Origin: Candidatus Bathyarchaeota archaeon
Lineage (GTDB): Archaea > Thermoproteota > Bathyarchaeia > Bathyarchaeales > Bathycorpusculaceae
DNA length: 64,000 nt
Direction of reading: 5' to 3'
NCBI GenBank assembly: GCA_963828195.1
Contig: CAWHDT010000005.1
Coordinates: forward strand, 364,923 to 428,922
Position 1 is the first letter of the stretch. Each line of letters starts with the position of its first letter. Positions 18,558-28,862 of this stretch are shown here, piece after piece. The notes beneath the pieces were generated by a model. The model made no database searches. It saw only the letters and a list, made by a program, of their open reading frames with translations, and was not told where the DNA came from. Both the position numbers and the translations under genes were made by a program.

Positions 18558-19440
18558 AAACTTGCTTTAAAATTTTTGAACAGTCAACCCGTAATTCGTT
18601 GAAGGCTAATTCATTAGGTGGAATTCCCATGGCTAGACCCAGCAATTGAGGATAATGCAGAATAGGTATTCCATAGACTTCATTAAACATTTTTTCAATA
18701 CGTTGCTCATTCGTGTCATACATGATATGACAGAAAGGGCAAATCGTTATCATGGCTTGCGCATTTACTTGTTTGACATGGTTCAATTTGTCCCTTGACA
18801 GTTGCAGGGCAACTTTGTCGCTTACGCCTGCACTTGGGGCGCCACAGCATTCAGTTTCATCCATGTAATCCAGGCAGGTTGCACCTGTGGCTTCTATTAG
18901 ATTTTTGAGTCCTGTTGGGTTTTCCGGGTCCTCGAACCCGATGATGTCTCTAGGCCTCAAAATGTGACAGCCGTTGTGTTCCGCAACCTTTAGCTTCGAC
19001 AAGGGTTTCGTCACTGAGCACTTTATTTTCGCTACCCCGATGTCCTCAATGAGCACTTGCATGAGATGTTTTGCATTTACTGTTCCCTTGAATTCTAAAT
19101 TTGCTTCCTTCAAACTACTATTTACTTCGTCACGAAGAGATTTGTCCTGCATTAACATTTTTTTGACTTTTCTCAAAGTACCGGCGCAGCCTGGGCAGAG
19201 CGTCAAAATATCTAAGCCTTGTTGCTCAGCCAAACATAGATTGCGTGCCGCCAAGATTATCATTGTTTCGTGGCTGACGGGGTCTAATGGAAGCCCACAG
19301 CAATTGAACTCGGGCATCTCGATTAGTTCAACGCCTAGTTTTCCCAGAATTTTGCGAGCTGAAATCTCATACGCGGATACTCGGTAAGGTATGGCGCACC
19401 CGAGAAACAGAAGATACTTATGCTCGCCCATTTTACTCAC
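18547..19440 (-). CDS. hdrB: heterodisulfide reductase subunit B, second copy
   Basis: Collinear paralogue of 7028..7924 with the same CCG motifs. Confidence 0.85.
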   Translation of the reverse strand: MSKMGEHKYLLFLGCAIPYRVSAYEISARKILGKLGVELIEMPEFNCCGLPLDPVSHETMIILAARNLCLAEQQGLDILTLCPGCAGTLRKVKKMLMQDKSLRDEVNSSLKEANLEFKGTVNAKHLMQVLIEDIGVAKIKCSVTKPLSKLKVAEHNGCHILRPRDIIGFEDPENPTGLKNLIEATGATCLDYMDETECCGAPSAGVSDKVALQLSRDKLNHVKQVNAQAMITICPFCHIMYDTNEQRIEKMFNEVYGIPILHYPQLLGLAMGIPPNELAFNELRVDCSKILKQVCEG

Positions 19441-19948
19441 CAGCCGCCTCTACTTGTTTTGGGAAATGCACCTTTTGCAGAGTCTTTCTGATGCTTTCAG
19501 GATTACTTTTGGGTAAAGGAGGAAGCCCCTGAGTCTCGCGTTTTTTCTGTCTTAACTCTGGAATTTTGTATGCATAACCTGATTCCATTATGCTTGCACG
19601 CTGGTCCTTGAATACCTGAGGCATGCAACCTTCTTGAGCCGCAAGGTTTCGCAAGACACGAATGACGCTCGCCACTTCAACGTCTTGAGGGCATCGGTCT
19701 GAGCAAGTAAAACATGCTGCGCACAGCCATAAAGTGTCACTGTGCAATACTCTTTCTTTTAATCCAAGCTGGGTCATTCGAATTATCTGTCTGGGTCTAT
19801 AAGTTTCGCTGAACCTAGCGACGGGGCAATCTGACGTACATGTTCCACATTGGAAACAACGCATCAATTTTTCACCGCCCGGCATCTTTGAGATTTCATG
19901 TTTGAATTTAGGGTCAATTTCCGATTGTTTTACTGTTTCTGTAGTCAA
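19433..19948 (-). CDS. hdrC: heterodisulfide reductase subunit C, second copy
   Basis: Motifs [13 protein letters not shown] and [13 protein letters not shown]. Confidence 0.85.
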   Translation of the reverse strand: MTTETVKQSEIDPKFKHEISKMPGGEKLMRCFQCGTCTSDCPVARFSETYRPRQIIRMTQLGLKERVLHSDTLWLCAACFTCSDRCPQDVEVASVIRVLRNLAAQEGCMPQVFKDQRASIMESGYAYKIPELRQKKRETQGLPPLPKSNPESIRKTLQKVHFPKQVEAAGE

Positions 19949-20382
19949 GTTTTTACATCCTTAATTGTTAACGGGTTTGGTCCTAATTCCTTGATTTCTC
20001 TCACCATATCGCGGACGACAGCTGCGAATTTGTCTCCTTCGCTCGCGGAAATCCACTCTAACCTGACACGTTTATCCTCTATCCCGAACTCTTGCAGAAC
20101 TTTTTTCAAAAGCAATATCCGCCTTTTAGCTTTGAAATTTCCGCTGATATAGTGGCAGTCTGAGGGCAAATGGCAACCTGCAATGAGCACACCGTCGGCA
20201 CCATCTTTGAAGGCTTTTAGGACAAAAGCTGGATCAATTCTGCCACTGCACATTACTCGAACAATTACAATGTTCGGCGGGTACTGGATTCTACTCACTC
20301 CAGCCAAGTCCGCGCCTGCATAGCTGCACCAGTTGCAGAGAAAACCGATTATCTTAGGTTCAAAACTTTCCGCGGCAGTCAT
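19945..20382 (-). CDS. mvhD: methyl-viologen-reducing hydrogenase delta subunit (MvhD, 2Fe-2S)
   Basis: Motifs [28 protein letters not shown] and [13 protein letters not shown]. The ATG at 20382 gives an ATGA overlap with the hdrA stop. The longer track ORF (to 20499) overlaps hdrA. Confidence 0.85.
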   Translation of the reverse strand: MTAAESFEPKIIGFLCNWCSYAGADLAGVSRIQYPPNIVIVRVMCSGRIDPAFVLKAFKDGADGVLIAGCHLPSDCHYISGNFKAKRRILLLKKVLQEFGIEDKRVRLEWISASEGDKFAAVVRDMVREIKELGPNPLTIKDVKT

Positions 20383-23300
20383 TGTTCTTCCTCCATCAAT
20401 GCAGCGTCTATCTGAGCAAGAATTTCTTCGTGAGTGAAATGGCCTAATGCTATGGCTTTGGTTGGACAAGCTGAGCCGCATGAACCACATCCCTTGCATA
20501 ACGCTTCCAACACGTGCGCAACTGGTTTGCCATTCACAACTTGAATTTCAATTGCACCATATGGGCACATGTGTTCGCATACTCTGCAGCCACTGCATAA
20601 ATCTTCGACCACGCTTGCTATGGTTCCTTCTGTTTCAAGTGTTTTCTTTGAAAGCACCGTCGCAGCCCTAGATGCAGCCGCGCATGCCTGAGCAATACTT
20701 TCATCTATGTATTTTGGTGAATGCGCCATACCACAGAGGTAAACTCCTTCTGTTGCAAAATCGACGGGTCTGAGCTTCATGTGGGCTTCCAAAAAGAATC
20801 CGTCCTTTGTTAACGGCACCTTAAGCTTCTCAGCCAAAGCCTTGTTTCCCGAATTTGGAATCGTAGCTGCACTTAAAACCACTTGGTCAGGTTCAAGTTC
20901 AACTTCCTGTTTTAAGACTGGATCCCAAATGACAGCCTTAAGCTTACCGTTTTCTATGATGATGCATGGTTTTCTTTCATCGCCGTAATTTATGAAGAGA
21001 ACGCCTTTTGAGGCTGATTCACGGTAGAAGTCTTCCTTAAAACCGTATGTTCTCATGTCCTTGTAGAGAACGTAGACTTCCGCTTCAGGGTCTATTTCTT
21101 TAATCTTAAGAGCGTTTTTTGTTGCTTGTCCGCAGCAGATTCTTGCGCAATTCGGTTTTTCCTTGTTTCTTGCACCAATGCACTGTATCATCAACACGCT
21201 TTTGGCTTTGAATTGCCCTTTTGCGAGTGTTTTTTCCAGTTCGTGCTGCGTTATTATTCTTGGGTCTTGACCATAGAGGTATTCTGTAGGCGTGTATTCA
21301 ATGGCTCCTGTAGCAACAATAACTATTCCATGCTCAACTTCCTTCAGCATGTTCAGCTGCTTTATCTTGGACTTGAAGTTTCCCACGAACCCATAAACAT
21401 CTAAGACTTCAGCATCCGTGTAAACGTGAATTTTTTCATTTTTCGTAACTTGCTCGATAAGGGCGTGGAGGTTCTTTTGAGGATCGGTCTTTTCGCCTAA
21501 TAAGTAATAGATGTTGCGCAGATGACCGCCTAAAACAGGTTCCTTCTCGACAAGATGCACTTCAAACCCCTGCTTGGCAAGCTCTAAAGCGGCAGTCATT
21601 CCTGAAACTCCGCCGCCTATAACTAAGCCAACTGGAGTTACGTTTATAACTGGCTTTTTCAAAGGTTTCAAAAGCGCTGCTTTAGCGGTAATCGAGCGAA
21701 CCAGGTCTTTGGCTTTCTTGGTTGCTTCTTTCGGCTGTCGCATGTGAACCCAGCTGCATTGGTCGCGGATGTTTGTCATTTCAAACAAGTAAGGGTTCAA
21801 CCCAGCTTCCTGCACCGTTTCTTTGAATAATGGCTCATGAGTTCGCGGAGTGCACGAAGCCACAACCACACGGTTAAGCTTGTTCTGCACAATCTTTTCC
21901 TTGATGAGTTTCTGCGTATCTTGTGAACACGTGTAAACGTTTGCTTCCGCATAAGCAACGTTGGGTAACTTTTTGGCGTATTCAACAACCTCGGGAACGT
22001 TTACAACTCCGCCAATGTTGATTCCGCAGTGACAAATGAAGACGCCGACTCGGGGAGGCTCGCAAAGAACGTCTCGTTCTGGCGGGTAGCTTCGTGCTGT
22101 AACTTGGGTTCCTCTGGCGCTAGCTATTATACTCATGGCTTTGGCTGCTGCTCCGCTGGCTTGTGCTACGCTTTCAGGGATGTCTTTAGGCGCGGAAAAA
22201 GCTCCGCAAACGAATATGCCCGTTTTTGACGTGTTCATGGGATCAAAGGTTTGAGTTTCGCAAAAATTATATTGGTTAAGTTCAATTCCCAGAACGGCTG
22301 CAAGTTTTTCGATATTTTTCGGAGGAACCATTCCTATTGACAGGACGACCATGTCGAACTCTTCGGTTACCGGTGTTTCGTCTTTAACGTAGTGAACAAA
22401 AAGGTTGCCTGTGGTTGGGTCCTCTGTGACTGAACCTGCGCGTGAACGGATAAATCTTATGCCATATTCTTCTTCCGCACGATTACGATATTCGTCAAAT
22501 TCCTTTCCATACGAACGCATATCCATGTAGAAAATTGATGCCGAAAGCGGCGTTGGCGTGTGCTCCTTTGCAATGACCGCTTCTTTAATGCCGTACATGC
22601 AACAAGCTGCAGAACAATATTTGTTTCCAACTTTATAGTCCCTTGAACCGACACATTGGATAAATGCGACTTTTTTCGGTATTTCGCCGTCTGAGGGCCG
22701 CAAAACAAGTCCGCCGTAAGGTCCAGAGGCACTTAATAATCGTTCGAATTCGATACTGTTTAGAACATTCGGATATCGCCCGTAGCCATATTCGGCTTTG
22801 AGCCTTGCGTCGAAAGGTTCGAAACCGGGCGCAAGTATTATTGATCCGACTTTCAGTTTGACTTGGCTATCGGTCTGGTCATACTGAATTGCACCGGCCT
22901 TACAGACTTCCGCGCAAGTTCCACATCCAACACATTTTTCACGGTCAATTAGGTATTTCAGTGGAACAGCCTGCGGATATTCAACGTAAACCGCACCTTT
23001 GCGCCCGAGTCCTTCATTGAAAGAATCAACCGCTTCAATAGGGCACTTTTGAGCGCATAGACCACATCCATTGCATTTTTCCTCAATTATATAACGGCTT
23101 TTTCGTCGAAGCCCAACTTCAAAATTCCCGGCTGGGCCACTTAAATTCTCTATGTCAGCGTTCGTCAGTATTGTAATGTTGGGGTGTCTTCCTGTCGCCA
23201 CAAGTTTGGGTGAAAGAATACACATTGCACAATCGTTAGTGGGAAATGTCTTGTCAAGCTGTGCCATAACGCCCCCGATGCTGGGTCCTTTATCTACAAG

Positions 23301-23399
23301 ATAAACCTTGAAGCCTGAATCAGCCAAATCAAGAGATGCTTGAATGCCAGCAACGCCGCCGCCAACAACCATAACTGCACCGACTTTCATGTCAACCAT
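20379..23399 (-). CDS. hdrA: HdrA-like flavoprotein with two tandem HdrA FAD cores (1006 aa, fused form)
   Basis: First core: [29 protein letters not shown], inserted 2x[4Fe-4S], QCVGSRD...YCSAACC. Then [14 protein letters not shown]. Second core: [18 protein letters not shown]...CARICC. C-terminal ferredoxin: [12 protein letters not shown] / [12 protein letters not shown]. Confidence 0.85.
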   Translation of the reverse strand: MVDMKVGAVMVVGGGVAGIQASLDLADSGFKVYLVDKGPSIGGVMAQLDKTFPTNDCAMCILSPKLVATGRHPNITILTNADIENLSGPAGNFEVGLRRKSRYIIEEKCNGCGLCAQKCPIEAVDSFNEGLGRKGAVYVEYPQAVPLKYLIDREKCVGCGTCAEVCKAGAIQYDQTDSQVKLKVGSIILAPGFEPFDARLKAEYGYGRYPNVLNSIEFERLLSASGPYGGLVLRPSDGEIPKKVAFIQCVGSRDYKVGNKYCSAACCMYGIKEAVIAKEHTPTPLSASIFYMDMRSYGKEFDEYRNRAEEEYGIRFIRSRAGSVTEDPTTGNLFVHYVKDETPVTEEFDMVVLSIGMVPPKNIEKLAAVLGIELNQYNFCETQTFDPMNTSKTGIFVCGAFSAPKDIPESVAQASGAAAKAMSIIASARGTQVTARSYPPERDVLCEPPRVGVFICHCGINIGGVVNVPEVVEYAKKLPNVAYAEANVYTCSQDTQKLIKEKIVQNKLNRVVVASCTPRTHEPLFKETVQEAGLNPYLFEMTNIRDQCSWVHMRQPKEATKKAKDLVRSITAKAALLKPLKKPVINVTPVGLVIGGGVSGMTAALELAKQGFEVHLVEKEPVLGGHLRNIYYLLGEKTDPQKNLHALIEQVTKNEKIHVYTDAEVLDVYGFVGNFKSKIKQLNMLKEVEHGIVIVATGAIEYTPTEYLYGQDPRIITQHELEKTLAKGQFKAKSVLMIQCIGARNKEKPNCARICCGQATKNALKIKEIDPEAEVYVLYKDMRTYGFKEDFYRESASKGVLFINYGDERKPCIIIENGKLKAVIWDPVLKQEVELEPDQVVLSAATIPNSGNKALAEKLKVPLTKDGFFLEAHMKLRPVDFATEGVYLCGMAHSPKYIDESIAQACAAASRAATVLSKKTLETEGTIASVVEDLCSGCRVCEHMCPYGAIEIQVVNGKPVAHVLEALCKGCGSCGSACPTKAIALGHFTHEEILAQIDAALMEEEQ

Positions 23400-23402
23400 T
23401 TT

Positions 23403-24176
23403 TTAAGCCTCCAAAGCCTTGTATAAAGGCGTGTTACCTTCGATGTGATCAACCGTAATCATGTTTCTTCTCCTCATCGCAACAATGTGTTTGAGAACCT
23501 CCGCCGGCTTAAGTTCAGTAGCCGCTGATAGGTTAGCGACCGACTGCGGGTTGTTCCGTGCTAAAACATGAATCTTATGGCGCATGAACTCTTCTTCAAC
23601 TGCTTCATCAAGCAGATCCTCAAAGTTCTCTTGAAGGACTTTTTCACCATAAACATTGCATTTTTCAGTCAACTCCCTTTCCTTGCCAACTAGAACCCTC
23701 AGCCTGAAACCTGAAGCGACATCAATTGCCGCCGTAAGATTCTCAAGGATCTTCGGGTCTGGCTTGGTTCCAGATATGGGAGACTGACCTAACTTTCTTA
23801 TTCTTTCAGTAAACTGCGTCACTACCTGAGCGAATCTTTGACCCTCTGACGCTGAAACCCATTCAAGCTCTATTCTTTCTGAACCTAAGCCAGTCAGCGC
23901 CAACAGTTTTTTGAGAAGCTTGATTTTTTTCTCTGCGTAAAGATTTCCTTCTGAGTAGTGGCAATCTCCCGGGTGACAGCCCAAAACAATGACCCCGTCT
24001 GCGCCCTGAGCAAAAACTTGCAGGGGAATCACAGGATCAATTCTGCCACTGCACATGACTCTTACCACTCTAATATTGGAGGGGTACTGAATTCTGCTTA
24101 CACCCGCTAAGTCCGCGCCGGCATAACTGCACCAGTTGCATAGAAAACCGATTATCTTCGGTTCAAATTCTGTCAG
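23403..24176 (-). CDS. MvhD-like protein with ~110-aa C-terminal extension; probable non-canonical (CTG) start
   Basis: The track ORF starts at GTG 24068 ([12 protein letters not shown]). The same frame is open back to 24188 and encodes [35 protein letters not shown], the conserved MvhD N-terminus. The only near-cognate codon there is CTG 24176-24174. Confidence 0.7.
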   Translation of the reverse strand: MTEFEPKIIGFLCNWCSYAGADLAGVSRIQYPSNIRVVRVMCSGRIDPVIPLQVFAQGADGVIVLGCHPGDCHYSEGNLYAEKKIKLLKKLLALTGLGSERIELEWVSASEGQRFAQVVTQFTERIRKLGQSPISGTKPDPKILENLTAAIDVASGFRLRVLVGKERELTEKCNVYGEKVLQENFEDLLDEAVEEEFMRHKIHVLARNNPQSVANLSAATELKPAEVLKHIVAMRRRNMITVDHIEGNTPLYKALEA

Positions 24177-24177
24177 A

Positions 24178-25878
24178 TTAAGACCCTCCTATGGCTGATG
24201 TTGCTTCAGCAATAATTTGAGCATCGCTAAAGTGTCTCATATTAATGGCTTTTTCAGGGCAGCTGGCGGAACATACCCCACAGCCCTTGCATAGAACATC
24301 ATTTACTTTCGCCACTCCAGATTCATTCTTTCTTATCGCATTGTAAGGGCAAAGTTTAACGCAGGTGCCGCACCCAGTGCATTTAGCGTCATTAACACAG
24401 GCGGTTATCGCTTCAGCTCTGATTTTTCCTAACGCCATTGGGATTCCTGCTCTTGACGCAGCGGCGTATGCCTGAGTTATGCTTTCGGCGACCGTTTTGG
24501 GTCCATGTGCGGTTCCACATAAGAAAATGCCATCGGTCGCAAAATCCACAGGTCTTAGTTTAAAGTGTGCTTCCAAAAAGAAGCCATCTGCTCCTATTGG
24601 AACTTTGAGGAGTTTTGAAAGCTCCGTTGCATCCTCCGATTTAACAAGAGGAGTAGATAACACAATAAGATCGGGTTCAAGTTCAAGCGCGTAGTTACCC
24701 AAGATGTCATGCACTTTAACTGAGAGTTTGCCGTTTACGTCTGAAGACACCTGAGGCGGATTGGAATCATCGTATCTTATGAACTGCACAAAGTTGTGCC
24801 TAGCCTTCTCGTATTGTTCTTCAAAGTCTTTTCCATAGGCCTGCATGTCTCTGTACAGTATTGAAACTTCGGAATCTGGAAGCATCTCCTTAATTATCAT
24901 AGCATTCTTAAGCGCCATGGTGCAACATATTCTCGAGCAGTAGTTTCGTCCGCCAACTTTCCCTTCTCTTGCACCAACGCATTGAATCATAAGTATGTTC
25001 TTTGGATGCCCAAGTTTTCCTTCTCTCATGAGTTTTTCAAGCTCAAGTTGGGTTACCACGTTTTTATTTTCGCCGTAGCAGTACATTCCGATGGGCTTAA
25101 AAACATCGGCTCCTGTAGCAAGCACTATTGTGCCAGCGTTAAGTTTTTCTTCGGTTCCATTATGGTTAAGGGTTACTTCGAAGTTTCCGATGAAGCCATT
25201 GACGTTCGTTACGGTGGAAGACATATAGGTTTTGATGTTTGGGTTTGAACGCACAGAGTGAATATACTCGTCGAGAATTTCGGAGCCGGGTTTATTGCTG
25301 GGGTACAACGTGTAAAGTTCACATAGTTTCCCACCGAGCTCTTTGTTTTTCTCTACTAAAATCACGTTAAATCCTTGATTGGCAAGGCTGAGGGCAGCAG
25401 TCATTCCTGAAACTCCACCGCCCATCACTAGTACTGAAGGTTGGATCTCAATTTCTGTTTCCGCTTGAGGCTCAAGCAGTCCAGCTTTTGCAATAGCCAT
25501 CTTAACAATCCCTTTGGCTTTCTCGGTGGCTTTTTCGGGTTCTTTAGCGTGTACCCAACTACATTGTTCACGAATGTTTGCCATATGAAACATATACTTA
25601 TTCAGGTTCGCTTCTTCACATGCGCCTCTAAAAAGCGGCTCGTGCGTTCTGGGTGTGCATGAAGCCACCACTACGCGGTCAAGGTCATATTTTCTTATGG
25701 CATCCTTAATCTTGTTTAGTCCTTCCGATGAGCAGGTGTAAAGATTGTCCTCTGCATATGCAACATTAGGCAGGGTTCTTGCGTACTCTACGACTGAGGG
25801 CACGTTTACCACACCGCCTATGTTAACACCACATTGGCAGACGAAGACGCCGATTCGCGGTTTATTTTTCTCGCTCAC
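24178..25878 (-). CDS. hdrA: HdrA-like, C-terminal half of the tandem unit (split form)
   Basis: Motifs [36 protein letters not shown]...YCSRICC and the C-terminal ferredoxin CTGCGTCVKLCP / CKGCGVCSASCP. Collinear with residues ~440-1006 of 20379..23399. Confidence 0.85.
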   Translation of the reverse strand: MSEKNKPRIGVFVCQCGVNIGGVVNVPSVVEYARTLPNVAYAEDNLYTCSSEGLNKIKDAIRKYDLDRVVVASCTPRTHEPLFRGACEEANLNKYMFHMANIREQCSWVHAKEPEKATEKAKGIVKMAIAKAGLLEPQAETEIEIQPSVLVMGGGVSGMTAALSLANQGFNVILVEKNKELGGKLCELYTLYPSNKPGSEILDEYIHSVRSNPNIKTYMSSTVTNVNGFIGNFEVTLNHNGTEEKLNAGTIVLATGADVFKPIGMYCYGENKNVVTQLELEKLMREGKLGHPKNILMIQCVGAREGKVGGRNYCSRICCTMALKNAMIIKEMLPDSEVSILYRDMQAYGKDFEEQYEKARHNFVQFIRYDDSNPPQVSSDVNGKLSVKVHDILGNYALELEPDLIVLSTPLVKSEDATELSKLLKVPIGADGFFLEAHFKLRPVDFATDGIFLCGTAHGPKTVAESITQAYAAASRAGIPMALGKIRAEAITACVNDAKCTGCGTCVKLCPYNAIRKNESGVAKVNDVLCKGCGVCSASCPEKAINMRHFSDAQIIAEATSAIGGS

Positions 25879-27176
25879 TTTTTTTGCTCCTTTGCCGTTA
25901 ACGCGATTGCTTCTGCAGCTCTGGCAGCTGCTCCACTAGCTTGAGCCACGCTCTCCGGGATGTCTTTGGGACTTTGGCAATATCCGCAAATGTAAATCCC
26001 TTTGGAAGTTGTGTCCATCGGCGCCGTGAGTAAATCCTTTGCTTTGAAGAAATTAGCCTCATCAAGTTCTATACCCATTTCTTTAGCAAGCCTCTTGTTT
26101 TCCGTCTTCGGAATCAAGGCAGGACATAGCACGACCATGTCAGCCTCAAGCTTTTTCATTTCCCCCGTCTTGATATCTTCGAAGTGAATCTGCAGATTCT
26201 TTGTAGCTTGGTCCTCAGCTATACCGCCTGGATGAGCTTTGATGTATGTTACGCCGTAGTCGTCTCTTGCCCTGTCGACAAATTCCTGAAAGCCCTTTCC
26301 CACGGCTCTCATGTCAATATACATAATGTAAGTCTGAGTTTGCGGAGAATGTTCTTTGACAAGAATTGACTCTTTAGTTGCATAAACACAGCATACTGTT
26401 GAACAGAACGGAAATCTTCCATGAAGGTTTCTCGAACCCACACATTGAACGAAAACAACGCTTCTGGGCGTTTTCCCATCTGAGGGACGAACAAGATGCC
26501 CCCCCGTTGGGCCAGATGCACATATTAACCGCTCAAACTCCATGGAGGTAAGAACATTTTGGAATCTGCCATAACCATACTCGCCAATAGCGGAAGGATC
26601 AAAAACATCAAAACCCGTGGCTAAGATTATTGAAGCCACATTCAAGTCTATTTCTTCTGGTTTTTGATCGTAGTTGATGGCATTAGATGGGCACACTTTC
26701 TTGCAAACACCGCAAATCTTTTTAGAAAAGTAAAGACAATTTTCTGCGTCGATTGTGGCGACGAGAGGAACTGCTTGCTTAAATGGCATGTAAATGGCTT
26801 TCCTCTTGCCCAAGCCCATATCGAACTCGTTGGAAACTTTAACCGGGCACTTTTCCATGCAAGTGCCGCATCCTGTGCATTTAGAGAAATCTACATAACG
26901 GGGCTTTCGAAGGATTTTCACATTAAAATTTCCTTCCTCGCCTTCAACATGCTGAACTTCCGAGTATGTAAGTAGGCTGATATTTGGATGTCTGAGGCAC
27001 TCAATCATTTTTGGAGCAAGTATACAAATGGAACAGTCTAAAGTTGGAAAAGTTTTATCAAGCTGAGCCATGCGTCCGCCTATACTTGGAGTCTTTTCAA
27101 CAAGATAGACTTTTGTGCCTCGATTAGCCAAGTCTAATGACGCCTGAATACCAGCAATCCCGCCTCCGACTACCAA
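25875..27176 (-). CDS. hdrA: HdrA-like, N-terminal half of the tandem unit (split form)
   Basis: Motifs [29 protein letters not shown] and QCVGSRN...FCSTVCC. Collinear with residues 1-~435 of 20379..23399. The start is uncertain: TTG 27176 leaves only MVV before GGG, and the frame is open to 27194. Confidence 0.8.
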   Translation of the reverse strand: MVVGGGIAGIQASLDLANRGTKVYLVEKTPSIGGRMAQLDKTFPTLDCSICILAPKMIECLRHPNISLLTYSEVQHVEGEEGNFNVKILRKPRYVDFSKCTGCGTCMEKCPVKVSNEFDMGLGKRKAIYMPFKQAVPLVATIDAENCLYFSKKICGVCKKVCPSNAINYDQKPEEIDLNVASIILATGFDVFDPSAIGEYGYGRFQNVLTSMEFERLICASGPTGGHLVRPSDGKTPRSVVFVQCVGSRNLHGRFPFCSTVCCVYATKESILVKEHSPQTQTYIMYIDMRAVGKGFQEFVDRARDDYGVTYIKAHPGGIAEDQATKNLQIHFEDIKTGEMKKLEADMVVLCPALIPKTENKRLAKEMGIELDEANFFKAKDLLTAPMDTTSKGIYICGYCQSPKDIPESVAQASGAAARAAEAIALTAKEQKK

Positions 27177-27530
27177 AACTGACTTGGAGATATTTTATGC
27201 CCCCTACTCCATATTGATTTAAATGAATTAATAATCTAAGGCTAAATATCTTGCGGTTATTCCCATTTTTGGATATTAGCACATCTTTGACCAATTTCAA
27301 AAGCTCTTTTTTGTCAAATGAAAAGGGCTTCTGAAAAATTATAAATCTGGCGGAAAAGAGGGCTCAGGCACAAGCATCTTCTAGTCACATTCATAACTAC
27401 TAAATTATTGTTGAAAAAGCCCCAGCCGCATAAAGGAAGAATTGTTTACAAGGAGGAGTTAGGGAACTTTTATCTAATAGTCAAATGAAAGGTTTGTAGC
27501 TATGCCTTTGAAAAGAGCGAGGAAACAAAA

Positions 27531-28850
27531 ATGGTAGAGGGCAAATACTGGAACGAAAAAATCGAAACCATATCTGCTGAAGAACTAAAAGCACATCAAC
27601 TAAAAAAATTAAAAGAACAAGTAAAACGTTGCTACGAAAACAGCGCTTTCTACAAGAAAAAATTTGACCGCGCAGGATTAAAGCCTGAAGATATACGCTC
27701 ACTAGAAGATCTTCAGAAAATTCCTTTCACAGTAAAGAACGACTTACGCGATACATACCCTTTTGGAATGGTTGCAGCTAAATCTGATGACATAGTGGAG
27801 ATTCATGCTTCGAGCGGTACAACTGGCAACCCCATAATCGGTGCTTACACAAGCAATGACATGGATGTTTGGCAAGAATTAATGGCGAGATCCATCTACA
27901 CTGCGGGGGGAAGACACAACGATGTTATGCATATCGCTTACGGCTATGGCTTATTCACAGGCGGGTTCGGTTTTCATTATGGCGCTCAAAAGGTTGGAGC
28001 CAAAATTATTCCCGCAAGCGGAGGAATGACTCAGCGTCAAATAAAATTCATGAAGGATTTGGGAGTCACAATTTTAGCTTGCACCCCAAGTTTCGCTGTT
28101 TACCTTGCAGAAACCATGGCTCATGAAGGTATTGACCCACGAAAAGACCTTAAACTTAAACTAGGCATGTTTGGGGCTGAACCATGGTCAGATAAGATTA
28201 GAGAAAGAATTGAGAGAGACCTTGGAATTGAAGCCTTTGACGTTTACGGGTTAACGGAACTTTGTGGTCCAGGAGTCGCCGTTGAATGCCCTGAGCATAA
28301 AGGGCTGCATATTTGGGAAGACCACTTTATCGTAGAAACAATTAACCCTGACACAGGCGACGTGTTGCCCGCGGGGGAAGAAGGCGAACTTGTCTTCACA
28401 ACGCTCACCAAAACAGGCTTGCCTATGCTTAGATACAGGACACGAGACATCTCAAAACTTGTAACAGAAAAATGCGATTGCGGACGCACACACACCCGAA
28501 TGATGCGTGTCCACGGAAGATCAGACGACATGCTAATTATACGCGGTGTCAACGTATTTCCATCGCAAATAGAGTTTGCGGTAATGTGCTTCTCCGAACT
28601 AGCCACGCAATACTTAATAGTTGTTGATAGACCTGGCGCTTTAGACACATTCGTAGTTAAAGTTGAATTGTCAGAAAAAGCTTCCAGAGATCCGCAGGTC
28701 GATAAAAATATGCTTAAAAACGAAATTCAAAAGAGAATTCACATAGTAACAGGGATAACGGCAGACGTCGAAATCGTCGAGCCAGGCGAACTTCCGAGAA
28801 CAGAGGGAAAAGCAAAAAGAGTTCTAGACTTACGCACTGGCAAAATGTAA
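27531..28850 (+). CDS. paaK: phenylacetate-CoA ligase family (PaaK / coenzyme F390 synthetase-like adenylating enzyme)
   Basis: Motifs HASSGTTGNP, YGLTE and LPRTEGKAKRV. Size is 439 aa. Confidence 0.8.
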   Translation: MVEGKYWNEKIETISAEELKAHQLKKLKEQVKRCYENSAFYKKKFDRAGLKPEDIRSLEDLQKIPFTVKNDLRDTYPFGMVAAKSDDIVEIHASSGTTGNPIIGAYTSNDMDVWQELMARSIYTAGGRHNDVMHIAYGYGLFTGGFGFHYGAQKVGAKIIPASGGMTQRQIKFMKDLGVTILACTPSFAVYLAETMAHEGIDPRKDLKLKLGMFGAEPWSDKIRERIERDLGIEAFDVYGLTELCGPGVAVECPEHKGLHIWEDHFIVETINPDTGDVLPAGEEGELVFTTLTKTGLPMLRYRTRDISKLVTEKCDCGRTHTRMMRVHGRSDDMLIIRGVNVFPSQIEFAVMCFSELATQYLIVVDRPGALDTFVVKVELSEKASRDPQVDKNMLKNEIQKRIHIVTGITADVEIVEPGELPRTEGKAKRVLDLRTGKM

Positions 28851-28862
28851 AGGACTTAACAT

